In this document: in pieces, positions 21,991 through 33,390 of the stretch
Layout: each line of letters opens with the position of its first letter
Position numbering within the stretch: the stretch's first letter is position 1
Assembly (NCBI GenBank): GCA_000165345.1
Contig: CM000432.1
Span: 96,001 to 160,000, forward strand
Direction of reading: 5' to 3'
Length of the DNA stretch: 64,000 nt
Notes under the pieces: model-generated
Seen by the model: only the letters and a program-made list of their open reading frames with translations
Databases searched by the model: none
Told to the model about the DNA's origin: nothing
Position numbers and translations under genes: made by a program

Positions 21991-22554
21991 TTATGCCTTG
22001 TATGCTCTAGAGGCTCTTCTACCTCTTGCCTTCTCGAACTTGCGTCCCTTTGATTGTACGCGAGGTCTTGATGTGCTCTTTGGCAAACCTGGAGCTCTAC
22101 CGAAGTATTTCTCCTGAATTCTAGCCTTTGTCTTTCCTCTGAGTAAGACAACATTTGAACCCTTTGGAGCTCTTAAGGCGAGCTGATCAAAAGTCAAGCA
22201 TTCACCACCATACTTCTCAATATGTTTTCTAGCTGTCTCAGTAAATCTCAAAGCGCATACTGTCAACTTTGGGATCTTTAAGACTCTAGTATCATCAGTA
22301 ACAGTACCAACAACTGCTGCGATCTTGCCTTCTTTTCCGTTCATGAATTGAACAAGACGAGATACAGAGATTGGTGCTTGGAATCTTCTAGCCATCTTCA
22401 AACGATGGAGAACAGTGTCATTGAAAGATGAGTCTGTTCTACGACCCAAGAATGTATAGAGTTTTGACAACAATATACGATATGGGTTTGTCGAACGAGT
22501 TCTCTTAGACTGAGTCTTCTTGACACGACCACCTGCCTTTAAATCAATACCCAT
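21991..22554 (-). CDS. RPL18: 60S ribosomal protein eL18 (L18e)
   Basis: [42 protein letters not shown]...[13 protein letters not shown]...[21 protein letters not shown] is the canonical eL18 sequence pattern; 187 aa; ATG confirmed. Confidence 0.9.
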   Translation of the reverse strand: MGIDLKAGGRVKKTQSKRTRSTNPYRILLSKLYTFLGRRTDSSFNDTVLHRLKMARRFQAPISVSRLVQFMNGKEGKIAAVVGTVTDDTRVLKIPKLTVCALRFTETARKHIEKYGGECLTFDQLALRAPKGSNVVLLRGKTKARIQEKYFGRAPGLPKSTSRPRVQSKGRKFEKARGRRASRAYKA

Positions 22555-22758
22555 GTTTAATTCCTAGCAACAAAGAAAGTTCTTATTTAGACTTTAGTCG
22601 AAAAAAATCAAATCTAGTTTCCTTAAAGAAACTTTTTCCTTTTTACTATGAAAAAAAAATTTACTACTCCCACGCTTAATTTAATTAATTATATTTGCCT
22701 TTTTGTCTCCATTATTTAATTATATATTATTTTTAGAGACGCCAATTATTTACATCAA

Positions 22759-22778
22759 GGCGCCACAACTATGGCGCC
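22759..22778. promoter_or_regulatory. Tandem inverted GGCGCCA / TGGCGCC boxes about 200 bp upstream of the eL18 start
   Basis: The sequence reads aaGGCGCCAcaactaTGGCGCCttg. Confidence 0.45.
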
Positions 22779-23045
22779 TTGCTCGGTATTTAATTTGATC
22801 TGCAGTAGTAATTAAAAGAAAAGGTAACTGAAATAGACGTATAATTACTTTAAACTAGAATATAAAATGAGAATATACTTAGAATGTACATGTTGTGTTA
22901 TTTTTGACTATAATATTTTTCTTTTTAATTAATATAACAGAAACTAGCTTTTTTGGTGTCTTAGATACTAAAACACAACACTATCGGAGAATTTATAAAG
23001 TTCTTTTAGATTTTCGTTGCTATATAAAGTAAAATCCTGATATTG

Positions 23046-26000
23046 TTATTTTTGTAAAGCAGCAGATATTCTCCTCTCTAATTTTTTAGCAATAACTTGC
23101 ATCTGCTGATCTAGGAATTGTTTCCAAGCGATTGCCTCTTCCTGTTTATTGTGGGAAGATGCTGAGAATTCTGAGTCCCATTGCTTCATTCCTTTCTTCC
23201 ATTGCCTTAAACTATGGAGTTCGTGTTCCAGTAACTTTCTGGCAATATCCTTGTTTGGCACAACAGAATTGCTTGTGACCGACCCACTATTTGGACGCAA
23301 ACTTTGGAGAATTGATGCAATCTTGGAAGCTTGAGCGTTAATTTGGTTTTGCTCATGAACGCTACCTCCCATAACTGATGATGAAATGGATGGGTAATGT
23401 AAGTTTGTATTGTTCATAAGTGAGCCTGGTGGTGGAGGATTAATACTGGAAGAGGCTGGAAGATTGTTGGTGTTCATATTGGGGCCATAACCATTTGATA
23501 TACAGTAATCCATATTTAAGTTATTGTCATATATTTGAGAAGAATTCGTATTCGTTACTGCATTGTTATGAGCTGGTTGGATGAAGCTAATCCCAGTTAC
23601 GCCATTAGTTTTCTCTCCTGGTCTTGAAATGTTTCCATTAAACTTTTCATCAGTTTGAACGGTTCTGTTTATATTTGATTCATTACTCCTCTTTAATTCA
23701 TTCAATTCGTTCTTAATGTCCGTAAGTAGTGGCATTAAGACCATAGGTGACTCTGGATACATTATAGGGGAGTTGTTTGTTAATGTTGGGAGGATTTGCT
23801 GATTTGAAGAGGAGTCACTTGTTGATATGTAGGTAGACTTTAAGAGTGTTGGTACTCTTGCATCCTGTGGTTTTGACATTTCAGGAACTACTTGAACTTC
23901 ATTTGGATAACCTGGCAGAGCTGAAGAGTCACAGGCATGCTCTCCTACATCAGACCCTCCCATATTTTTAACTGCAGGAGAAGTAGAACTTGCTCTTATC
24001 CTAGAGCTCTTACTCTTTTCTGTGAATTGCCTTAGCTCCTTTAAAAGATTCTTCTCTCGGCTTTCTGTGGCCTGGAGCTTCTCATATAGCTTCTTCATGG
24101 TTTTTTCCAAAGAACCGATTACATCACTGTTCTTTTTATATACTTCTGAAATTTTTGCCTCGTTTATATTTTCGTTTGCGGTTGAACCCTTATTCGACTC
24201 TCCCCCATTCATGCAGGGTGTCTGAACGCTGGCAGTATTCTGTCTTATATCCCTACTATCATGTGGCCCAGCTCCGTCTGATGAGCCACAACCAAGAGAG
24301 CTTCCAATACTATTAATTTGCTTATGGAGATGCAAGATTGTATAAAGGAGTTCTTCTTTTTGTTTCATCTCTTCTTGAATTTGCTGTTGGAGAACTTGGC
24401 AAGTCTTCTGAGTTTCTCTTTCAATATCCCGGTTCCTCAATTCTAAGTCTTCAATCATTCTGCGTAGCTCACAAATTTCCTTATCCTTATTGGAAAAGCT
24501 CTTTCCTTCATATAACTCTTTTTCACGACTCTTTATCACCCCCTCCATCTCTTGTAAAAGGTCCTCACTTCTTTGAATAGCCAGCTCTCGCTCAAAAAGT
24601 TGTTTATCTCTTTCTTCAATCCTAATCAACTCATCAAGGAGAGGTTTTCTCTCCAACTGGAGTTGTCTCTCCTTCTCATCCAACTCTCTCTCGCGATCTT
24701 TAAGCTCCAAATCTCTCTCCTTCAAATCTGCCTCTCTACGATCCATGGAACGCTCTCTCTCGATCAATATAGCCTCTCTTCTACCTAAATTGGACTCTTT
24801 AGTTCTATGTGTGCTCTCTTTCTCCTCTATTTTTACCTCCCTTGCAAGGAGACTTTCCTCAACAAGCTTGGTTCTCTGCCCTAAACTGCTCATTTCTCTC
24901 TCCAAATCATTCAAACCCATCTCCCTCTCTAGTAAGCCCTTCTCCTTCTCCATTAACTTATTCTCACGGTCAATTAACTTATTTTCTTTTTCAACCAACT
25001 TACTCTCACGCTCTATAAACTTCCCTTCCCTATCTTTAAGTCTGCTTTCCTTTTCATACAACTGTCCTTCTCTCTCCTCAAGAGATCTTCTCTCAGACTC
25101 GCTCAGAGCAGCTCTCTGACTATTCAATAGAGCCTCTCTGCCATCCAGCTCTTTTTCTCTTGTTGAAATATTCTTCTGACGCTTATCCAACTCAAACCAA
25201 AACTCTTCAAACTCCTTTTGGCGGCTCTCAAGCTCATTAATATAAACATCAAATTCCTTTTGCTTATTCTCCAAATCCACCTTCTGTGAGCTTAACAAGC
25301 TCTCCAAATCTTTTACTGATTTTTCTCTCTCCTCAAGCTCTCTTAGACGAGACTCCTGATGAGCCACTTGAGACCTCCTTGCATCTTGGCTTTCTCGCTC
25401 CTCCTTTAATGCTTTTCTGCTTTCATCCAACTCCTTTCTGATATCTCTCAATTCCATTTCCAAACTTCTAAGTTGTGATTCATATTGCAGGCTCATCTTC
25501 TGTAAACTATCATTATTTGCATGCTCCAACTTTACATATATTTGGCGCTCATCCTCTTCAATCTGTTTTGACTTTACCGCCAAAGCCTTCTCCAGGCTTA
25601 CAAGCTCGTCCTTGAGTGAATCTAGGGACTTCTTTTTTTCGTTAAGTTCAAGTTTCTGAGACCTAAGTTCAATACCTTGTTTATCTAGTTCGTCTTTTTG
25701 AGAGTTAAGCTCTGCTCTGAGTTTCTCTGTTTCAGCTTTTCCGGCATCAACCTCTTTCATTTTGTGTTCCAATTCACTCTTAATTTGCTCCAAGTTTCTT
25801 CTTTCAGCCTCTATTTCGCCACGATTTTTCTTTACCTCCTTCTTCAATCGATCATATTCAGCCTTACCATTCTCCAGCTCTAATTTTGCATTTTCGATTT
25901 CAGCTAGCCTCTTTTTATAGTCTGAATCCTGTTCTAACTGAACCTTTTCCATATTCATTGAATAATCTTCAACCATCCTGTTGAAACTTTGTTCTCTTAA

Positions 26001-27077
26001 ATTTAGATCATCAACATATGACTCAAATTCCTTCTGCTTTTCCATAATTTCTTTCTCTAGGTTGGAGACTGTTAAGGATCTTTGGTCGAGATCTTTAGCT
26101 TTGTCATTCAGATTCTGCTCCTGGAGCTTCAGTTTTTCTTCCAGATTAGATAGAGATGCTTCTTTTCCATCTAAGTATCCTTCTTTAGATACAATTGAGA
26201 TTTCTCTCTCGTGCAGCTCTATTTCTTTTTCACTGGTAACTCCTGCTGTAGACTCTAAATTATGAAACCTATTCTTCCATGATTCAATTTCTTTACACTT
26301 AATTTGAACAGTATCAATTAGCTCTTCCAAGGAAGAGTACTCATTTGATTGCAAAGTTTTGTTCATCTCAGCCAAGCTCGTCTTTACGTTAGTATACTGC
26401 TCTAAAAGTGATTCATGTTCAATCTTTTCAATCGCCAGCTTTTCATTCAAATCCTGAATCACCTCATCATATTCTTTCTTAACATTTTGTAAATCGCTGA
26501 CACCCAGATCTCTAGCTTCCTTTAGAGAATTAATTTCATTAATTAACTTTTGTTTATCAGACTTATATTCTGAAATCACATCCTTGTAACTATCCAGCTC
26601 GTTTTCTAGTTGTGTTTTTTCTAACTCAAGTTCTTCAGCACGTTTATTATTTTGTATTGAGCTTTCTAATTCATCTATTCTATTCAGTGCTTCCTTATAT
26701 AAATTCCAGTAATTATCAGCTTCTTCAGAATTAACTGTATTGTTGATATCAGTCTGCTCAGAAAGCAATTTTTCTAGCCTATCCAATTCCTGAATAAGCT
26801 GGGAATTTCTTTCTTTCTCTAAATTTAGTTCAGTCTCAAACCTTCTACTTTGAGATTCTGCCACTGATAATTCATCCCTACTTTTGTGATACAATGAGCG
26901 CTCAGTTTCTACTTGGTGTTGTAAATCTTCCATAGCATTTCTAATCAATATCATAAACCTAGCACTATCAGGGTCATTCTCATCCAGTACCCCCTGTGAA
27001 AGCTTTATATCCGGCGCATTAGTGCCAGTCTTCAGACTGTCATGTTCCATCTCCTTTATATCCTGATTAATAGGCAT
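23046..27077 (-). CDS. Large coiled-coil protein (about 1000 aa of E/K/R/L heptad repeats) with a Ser/Asn-rich C-terminal tail; function unknown
   Basis: 1343-aa ORF with ATG confirmed (cat at 27075-27077). Its amino-acid composition and periodicity are typical of long coiled coils (golgin/myosin-tail-like). No catalytic motif is seen. Confidence 0.6.
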   Translation of the reverse strand: MPINQDIKEMEHDSLKTGTNAPDIKLSQGVLDENDPDSARFMILIRNAMEDLQHQVETERSLYHKSRDELSVAESQSRRFETELNLEKERNSQLIQELDRLEKLLSEQTDINNTVNSEEADNYWNLYKEALNRIDELESSIQNNKRAEELELEKTQLENELDSYKDVISEYKSDKQKLINEINSLKEARDLGVSDLQNVKKEYDEVIQDLNEKLAIEKIEHESLLEQYTNVKTSLAEMNKTLQSNEYSSLEELIDTVQIKCKEIESWKNRFHNLESTAGVTSEKEIELHEREISIVSKEGYLDGKEASLSNLEEKLKLQEQNLNDKAKDLDQRSLTVSNLEKEIMEKQKEFESYVDDLNLREQSFNRMVEDYSMNMEKVQLEQDSDYKKRLAEIENAKLELENGKAEYDRLKKEVKKNRGEIEAERRNLEQIKSELEHKMKEVDAGKAETEKLRAELNSQKDELDKQGIELRSQKLELNEKKKSLDSLKDELVSLEKALAVKSKQIEEDERQIYVKLEHANNDSLQKMSLQYESQLRSLEMELRDIRKELDESRKALKEERESQDARRSQVAHQESRLRELEEREKSVKDLESLLSSQKVDLENKQKEFDVYINELESRQKEFEEFWFELDKRQKNISTREKELDGREALLNSQRAALSESERRSLEEREGQLYEKESRLKDREGKFIERESKLVEKENKLIDRENKLMEKEKGLLEREMGLNDLEREMSSLGQRTKLVEESLLAREVKIEEKESTHRTKESNLGRREAILIERERSMDRREADLKERDLELKDRERELDEKERQLQLERKPLLDELIRIEERDKQLFERELAIQRSEDLLQEMEGVIKSREKELYEGKSFSNKDKEICELRRMIEDLELRNRDIERETQKTCQVLQQQIQEEMKQKEELLYTILHLHKQINSIGSSLGCGSSDGAGPHDSRDIRQNTASVQTPCMNGGESNKGSTANENINEAKISEVYKKNSDVIGSLEKTMKKLYEKLQATESREKNLLKELRQFTEKSKSSRIRASSTSPAVKNMGGSDVGEHACDSSALPGYPNEVQVVPEMSKPQDARVPTLLKSTYISTSDSSSNQQILPTLTNNSPIMYPESPMVLMPLLTDIKNELNELKRSNESNINRTVQTDEKFNGNISRPGEKTNGVTGISFIQPAHNNAVTNTNSSQIYDNNLNMDYCISNGYGPNMNTNNLPASSSINPPPPGSLMNNTNLHYPSISSSVMGGSVHEQNQINAQASKIASILQSLRPNSGSVTSNSVVPNKDIARKLLEHELHSLRQWKKGMKQWDSEFSASSHNKQEEAIAWKQFLDQQMQVIAKKLERRISAALQK

Positions 27078-27317
27078 GGAGTATTCTGCTATTTAATACT
27101 TGACCATCCGAAACAGGTTTCTTGTTTATTCTAATACTTGAAAAAAAAATTTGGGTAAGATAAGGATTTTCTTACCCTTCAGGTTAGAAGAATTTATTAT
27201 TATTAATGTTTCTTCTCTACCTAATTTTTATATTTAAATATATTTTCCCTCTTGCTCCTTTTCGTTTTTATTAGCTATTACCCCACACTGTATGTCTATA
27301 TTGGAGTTAAATCAGTT

Positions 27318-27350
27318 CAGCGCCAAATTTTGCATGCATGTGATGCCCGC
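27318..27350. promoter_or_regulatory. Composite element GCGCCAAA + TGCATGCATG + CCCGCC about 250 bp upstream of the coiled-coil gene
   Basis: The sequence reads cagCGCCAAAttTTGCATGCATGtgatgCCCGCC. Confidence 0.4.
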
Positions 27351-28452
27351 CTTAAATTAGGGCAACTTTGCATATAATTAGGGAGCAAGAATATTAATTT
27401 AAGATTAAACAGATAATACTAAAAAATAAATTAAGCATATGAAAATGTGTTGGAATATTTAAATAAAAAGGATTCAATATATTAGAATGTTTTTCTGAAA
27501 AAATGAGTTGGGTATATTGGCCTTGATTAAAATAAGAAAGTATCTACTCTGAAAGAATAAGTTGTTAAAACTGCATCTACGAAATTGAATAAACTTTTGG
27601 AATAAAAACTAGCTATTTTAATTAAACAAGAAACCCCCACAAAAAATATATGTGGAACTCACATGCACTAAAAAGGATAAGTTGCAGGTACCGTTGTAAT
27701 AATTTGCATGGAACTGTGTAGGTATCGAAACAATTGTGGTATCTTATTAAAAGCGCAATTGATCAGTGTGAAAGAGCTTAACACCCACTATTATGCTTAA
27801 TGCACAACCCCCTAAAAGCTAGAAAACGAGCAATACCAAATAAATCATGATATCTAACACAAATAAAAAAGGTTTGTCAAGTTAGACGTTACGTCTTGTA
27901 GAGCATTGCACCTATACAGGACGTTACGATGACGTCGTCCCAAAGAGACAGAGACAAAATAAGATGCAGCTTCCTGATGTAAGAATCTTTCCAACTCCGT
28001 TGTCCATCTAAGAGCGAAATCATGAATCACAATCTCAATTTTTTCTGAAAAAAATCAATGTTTGGATGATATGCAATAAATTTTATTTGATCAGTAATTT
28101 TATATTTAGCGCTTCATTTTCGTGAGATTTGTGTTGCGCTATTATTTCTTGATCCAAATTCATGCCCTCCAGTAATGCTGATTTTAAATATGTTTGTCAA
28201 CTATGTCCAATAAATTTGGTTTGTTACCTTAATTTTGAAGCTATCTATATCAATAAAACTGAGTAAAGGTAAATGATGTGAATATATTAACATTTACAAC
28301 AGTTCAAAAATGTTTTAACTATGAAGAAACGATACAAAGATATTATGGGTTTATTAATTAATTCAAGGTGTTTTTCCAATTTTACTTATCGCAATATTTG
28401 ATAATTTAATATCATTAAATCAATTGTAAATCATCAAATTTGAAACTAAAGT

Positions 28453-28753
28453 TTGGCGCCAATTGATTTTTTTTGCCACCATTTTTTAGAGGTTACAGGT
28501 GAAATTGGAGGATGAAGTGAACCATATAACACCGAATATTGAGGGATTGTAGAATCTTATTTGCTATATTCTCAATTTGTTACAATTACTGCTTCCCTAT
28601 TCATCCAGCCTAGCCTTTCTTTTGTTTATAATCATACCTCTTTAACAATCCACATGGTTGCCGCCAAGCATGTTCCGATATTGCCAATAGTGCAAACTTC
28701 CACATACCCATGGCGGCACATTTGTTTACGTTGTGTCTACATGTGGCGCGCCA
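28453..28753. promoter_or_regulatory. Cluster of E2F-like boxes (TTGGCGCCAA at 28453-28462; tGGCGGCa at about 28712; GGCGCGCCA at 28745-28753) 0.5-0.8 kb upstream of the 29283 gene
   Basis: Motifs read directly. The GC-richer block at 28600-28760 stands out from the AT-rich flanks. Confidence 0.35.
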
Positions 28754-29282
28754 GCGGTTGTATTGTTATTAGAATTAATTGAATTAGCAAGGGAATCTTA
28801 ATAATATTTTGAAAATAAAATCAAAGTAGAATAGGAAGTGTTTGTGGGCAAGGTAAGGATATTGAAACTGGAATATATTCATATTTTGGAGAGTGATCAA
28901 ATCCTGAGCACTTCCCCACCTGTGCATTTGAACAGCATAGAGCATATTTTTGTATTATCTATAATATCAAGTTGCTGAGGTGAAAATTAAGTGGTAGCAT
29001 AATAGGAAGAAGTGATCGTTTCATTATACTTAATCTTTTCTAATACAACAACTATTCTTTATATCAGTTTATGCAAGAATTCTTGGTTTTCTTCTGAAAC
29101 GGACTATTTTGTGTATTATAAATACAAATCAACTCGATGATTTATTGTTGAAGCAACTATCTGTGGTAATAAGTATAATATATGTTTTGATTAACCCGAT
29201 CAATTAGGGGTTTTGCTTTAAACTTTAGAAATAATCCTTGATTGAGAAATCAGGCGAGGATAAGAATTTTTACATTACTATA

Positions 29283-32200
29283 ATGAATGGTGGTAATAAC
29301 ATCCTACCAACAATGTCAACTTATGGAAGGGAAATGGACCACCACCACTACAATGGAGTTCCTTCATCAGGGAATTCTAATATGTTAACAGGCTATCCTA
29401 TTTTATACCAAAACAACCACCACAATCACCCGGCAGGAGACTTGCTTACATTGCAAATGCAGCTTCAGGGAAATCCATCAAATAACGAAAATGAAAACAC
29501 TTTAGCAGCCTTACAGAGAAACTGGATCGCCTTGCAGCAGAATAATGGTAATGTTGGTGGAACAGGAACTGGGACCAATAATGGTATGTTGCATTCATCA
29601 ATTCATCACCCATCTGCTATGACATTACAAAATGACGATATGGGATATATGAGGAATTTGATTCCAATTGGTGGAAGCAACTCATCCCCGCTCCATTCTA
29701 ACCAATCTACTCTTTTGGATTCATTAAAGTTTGGAGGTGGTTTGGAGCCCCCACAAGTTTCTCAATATGGCCATCATCATCATTTGGCAAACGGGAACTT
29801 GCAGCCAAGTATTTTGGACAATGGAATATTAGGGAACAACGTGGGAATTCCAGGTATATGCCGTAATAATCCAATGAATGTTGGAACATCTCCTAATGGT
29901 AGATTACAGATGCAAATGAATCCTAATAACGGTCTGGGTGTGAATGTAGATATGGTTCCAAACAATGGAATGCTCCCAATGAATTGTAATAATTCCATTG
30001 GTGGAAATGTAATTGTAAATACAAATCCAAACAATAATATTGAATGGCAAGGAGGAATACCAATTCGTAACATTCCTGATCTAATGACAATGTTGGATCT
30101 TTCTGATATACCACCTCATGTACAAATTCCGAAATACTACGAGGGCATTAAAATATCTCTAGGAGAGGCAGGGCGTGAAATTTTAAGATGTTATATTAAT
30201 CAAAGGGGTATTAGGGGAAAGTTTATGAGTTCTAGTAATCTTCAGCAATTATTGAGAGTTGCACATCAATGTGGACTATGGAATGCAGCAGTAAGGTTGC
30301 ATTTGGAGTTTATTGGAGAGATTCCTATGACAGCTAGTCATGCTGAAATGAGGAAGTATAAGAGCCTTCAGACAAAGCGTAGGTTATCAAAAAGAATCTC
30401 AGTTTTGTCTAAGTTTGGTGCTCCTGTTGTTCGTAGAGCTGATGGAGAGGAAACTATTGAATATAGAGATGGTATGAAGCTTTCTCTTGGGGTTGATGGG
30501 AGGAAATTACTATTAAAACGAATTAGAGAAACCAGAAGTTCAAGAGAAAATGAGATAAATAATCTGTTTTCCAAATATGGATTAAAATATAGTCAACTTA
30601 GAAATGCTACTATCCATGAGTTGTGTAGAATGGCTTATGTTTGTGGTCTTTGGGAAGAGGCTGTTAAGCTCCATTTTCAACATATTAGGAAGAAAGCCCA
30701 TGAAAATACCTCAAATCAGCAGGAATCTGGAAGTGATCTTGATAGTGAAATGGACTTGAATAAGGATAGAGGAGACGACGAAATGATATCTAACAACTTT
30801 TTGCAGCAGCTTCATACTCCTGGTATTGATATATTAAATGTGAATGGTGCAAGTAACCCTGGAGGTATGGCAGGAGGTAATGCAGGAGGGATTTCTCAAA
30901 ATCCTGTCATGGGAGCTATGGGTGCTGATCCTGTTCATGTTGGAAATTCTGCTCCACCAAATGCAGCTCATCATGTGCATCAGCATCCCTCAATACATCC
31001 AGTTTCACATATTCAGTCTGGATTGGGTCGCTTTGGTATGTCGTCTGTTGGAGGATCTGTTCCAAATGGTGCTGGAAATAAGTCTGGTAGTGAGGGTGGA
31101 AATGCAAATTCGAATGTTAATACTAATAGAGGCATATCTGGTGCGAATTCAATGATTGGAATTGTAGATAATAATGGTGGTATTCATCCATCAATTGTAC
31201 TATCTAATAATGGGGGGTCAGCTGGTAATAATGCTGATACTCATGCATTAACAGGAGACCATTTGAATTATGATGATTATAGGAATTATATTCTAGATGG
31301 AGGAAATAATGCTGGAAATATTGATAATACTGGTTTGTCATCTATGAGAAGTGGAGCAATGACAAATATAAGTAGTCGTATTATTAGGCATGATGCAAGA
31401 GGAGGTAATATGGGAACGTCTTCAAATGGTATTGATAAGGTATTGGGTAGTAACCCTAATGCTGTGAATGGGACAGGAGGTAATAGCTCTGGAAATGGCG
31501 TTAAGAGTGTTGGTGGAAATAATCCAGATGTGGATGATTTGAATAGAAATAATATCTTAACCGGTATTGAAAATGATGGTCTAATCGGTATGTCATCAAC
31601 AGGTGCTTTAGGAGCTTTTGTTGGTTCGAGTTCTTCAGGAACAAGAAATGGTCTTTCAAATTATGATAGTATTGGTGTTCCAACAACATCAAGTACAGGA
31701 TATGATGATTATTCATTATTATCTGCGTCATTAAGAAAGAGAGGAAAGGTTAATAATATGGTTTCAGGTCTTGGAGGAGTAGATGACTCTAATTCTAGTG
31801 ACTTGACAACTCATAATATTGTCTCACACCCTAATACATCTTCATTTGTTATGGAGACAATATCAGGTATTCTAGGAGATGAACCTTTAGGTAACAATAA
31901 TATTGGTGATAAAGTGAATAATTATAAAGGTAACAATTTGTCCTCAGTCCTGGGAAATGATATTGGGATTTGTCAAAACAATGAAGCTCCTCAATTATCA
32001 GCGGTAGTTGTGTTAGCAGCAGCAAAGGCAGCAGAAGCAGCACAAGGTTATGATAACAACAATAACAATAATAATGTTAAAGAACTTTATGAAGAGAGCG
32101 AAAATACGGCAAATCAAAGATTAGAAGCTGTTGATTCAATGTTAAAAAGTCACCACTCAGCGTCTAATTCTCCAGTTTTATCACGGGATGGAGAAAAGAA

Positions 32201-32846
32201 TGAATTATCATCTGTTACTGTCTCAAAGCCGTTAGAAAATAATGAGGGACTTAACAAGGATTTATCAGTGACTGCTGAATGTGAAGAAATGACAAGTTAT
32301 CAGAAAGATTACTCAAATAACAATAATAGTAATGGTAATGGTAATGTTAATGGAATAGAAATTCCTTTAGAGTCAAATATGTTATTGAATAATCATCACA
32401 ATAACCATTTATTAATGGATACAGTTAATTCCAAGATGGTATCATCAGGAATTTGTATAAATGGCAAGTATGAATTAATAGGAAATGAAATAAATATTGT
32501 TCATACGAACAATAGTAATGATGATGGTATTATTTCAACTGAAGGTGTAGGAGGTGGTGTTGTTTCTACTTCCTCTGCCACAGTAACATCTTCTACGTCC
32601 TTGGAAGTATCTGATCCATTTTGTTACCCTACTCCAATAGCTTTATCTTCAGCATCGAACCATATAGAAAAGAATGAAATTAACGATGGCCGTAGTAATG
32701 GTGATCCCACTATTAATAATAGTATTGATAACAGTACTAGTAATACTGGAAATACTAGCAATACAGAAGGTGGTGTTTCATTGGTTTCAAGAGGTTTGAC
32801 AACTCAATCAACAACTGATACAAGTATAGAAACACCAGGGAACTGA
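29283..32846 (+). CDS. Asn/Gly/Ser-rich low-complexity protein carrying two copies of an about 65-80-aa helical module (SLG..GR..L ... CGLW..AV.LH..I); function unknown
   Basis: The ORF-track start at 29238 is TTG; the first ATG is at 29283 (1187 aa). The module copies lie at about 30120-30330 and 30460-30700: YYEGIKISLGEAGREILRCYINQRG...LLRVAHQCGLWNAAVRLHLEFI versus YRDGMKLSLGVDGRKLLLKRIRETR...LCRMAYVCGLWEEAVKLHFQHI. The rest is N/G/S homopolymeric. Confidence 0.55.
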   Translation: MNGGNNILPTMSTYGREMDHHHYNGVPSSGNSNMLTGYPILYQNNHHNHPAGDLLTLQMQLQGNPSNNENENTLAALQRNWIALQQNNGNVGGTGTGTNNGMLHSSIHHPSAMTLQNDDMGYMRNLIPIGGSNSSPLHSNQSTLLDSLKFGGGLEPPQVSQYGHHHHLANGNLQPSILDNGILGNNVGIPGICRNNPMNVGTSPNGRLQMQMNPNNGLGVNVDMVPNNGMLPMNCNNSIGGNVIVNTNPNNNIEWQGGIPIRNIPDLMTMLDLSDIPPHVQIPKYYEGIKISLGEAGREILRCYINQRGIRGKFMSSSNLQQLLRVAHQCGLWNAAVRLHLEFIGEIPMTASHAEMRKYKSLQTKRRLSKRISVLSKFGAPVVRRADGEETIEYRDGMKLSLGVDGRKLLLKRIRETRSSRENEINNLFSKYGLKYSQLRNATIHELCRMAYVCGLWEEAVKLHFQHIRKKAHENTSNQQESGSDLDSEMDLNKDRGDDEMISNNFLQQLHTPGIDILNVNGASNPGGMAGGNAGGISQNPVMGAMGADPVHVGNSAPPNAAHHVHQHPSIHPVSHIQSGLGRFGMSSVGGSVPNGAGNKSGSEGGNANSNVNTNRGISGANSMIGIVDNNGGIHPSIVLSNNGGSAGNNADTHALTGDHLNYDDYRNYILDGGNNAGNIDNTGLSSMRSGAMTNISSRIIRHDARGGNMGTSSNGIDKVLGSNPNAVNGTGGNSSGNGVKSVGGNNPDVDDLNRNNILTGIENDGLIGMSSTGALGAFVGSSSSGTRNGLSNYDSIGVPTTSSTGYDDYSLLSASLRKRGKVNNMVSGLGGVDDSNSSDLTTHNIVSHPNTSSFVMETISGILGDEPLGNNNIGDKVNNYKGNNLSSVLGNDIGICQNNEAPQLSAVVVLAAAKAAEAAQGYDNNNNNNNVKELYEESENTANQRLEAVDSMLKSHHSASNSPVLSRDGEKNELSSVTVSKPLENNEGLNKDLSVTAECEEMTSYQKDYSNNNNSNGNGNVNGIEIPLESNMLLNNHHNNHLLMDTVNSKMVSSGICINGKYELIGNEINIVHTNNSNDDGIISTEGVGGGVVSTSSATVTSSTSLEVSDPFCYPTPIALSSASNHIEKNEINDGRSNGDPTINNSIDNSTSNTGNTSNTEGGVSLVSRGLTTQSTTDTSIETPGN

Positions 32847-33352
32847 TAGAGCAATAGTAATTAGTGATTATATTTGAATTTATTGATAATTAGTTTATAT
32901 AATTAATATTATACTTTTTTTTTGGATGATCATGAATATTAAATTAGGTCTTGAAAGAAAGAAAAACGCCAAGTATAATTTTAAAATGAATGTTAATACA
33001 ATTTTGATCAGGCGATTATTGTGATCTATGTTTATATAATTTTTTCTTTAAATAAATAAATGTAAATTTTAATAATTAATCATTAAAAAAAAGAAGAAAC
33101 TTGGCAGAATTAATAGCGATAACTAAATGATTTATAAGACAAACATAAATATGATGGAAGATATCACTGTTTTTTATTAAAATTTTAAAAAAGTCATTTT
33201 TTTTCTCTTTCTCATCTTAAGCAAAATTTTTTCTCGTAGCTTATTTATCCAATATTTTAATCAATAGCCATTAATTATACTTTTTTGAATTATTCATGTG
33301 GAAAATTTTTGTGATACAATACCGGTATTGAAAGTGCGAAATTTCAAATGAT

Positions 33353-33390
33353 TGCATGCATGTCCACATAATGCATGCAAATATGCATAA
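33353..33390. promoter_or_regulatory. Cluster of three TGCATGCA-type boxes upstream of the COWP-like gene
   Basis: The sequence reads atTGCATGCATGtccacataATGCATGCAaatATGCATaa. Confidence 0.45.

Noticed and set aside
24022-26265. Multiple plus-strand ORFs (24022-24225, 24745-25119, 25981-26265 etc.) inside the minus-strand coiled-coil gene
   Set aside because: Opposite-strand reading of GAG/AAG-rich heptad codons gives Ser/Leu/Phe-rich pseudo-ORFs. There is no independent support.
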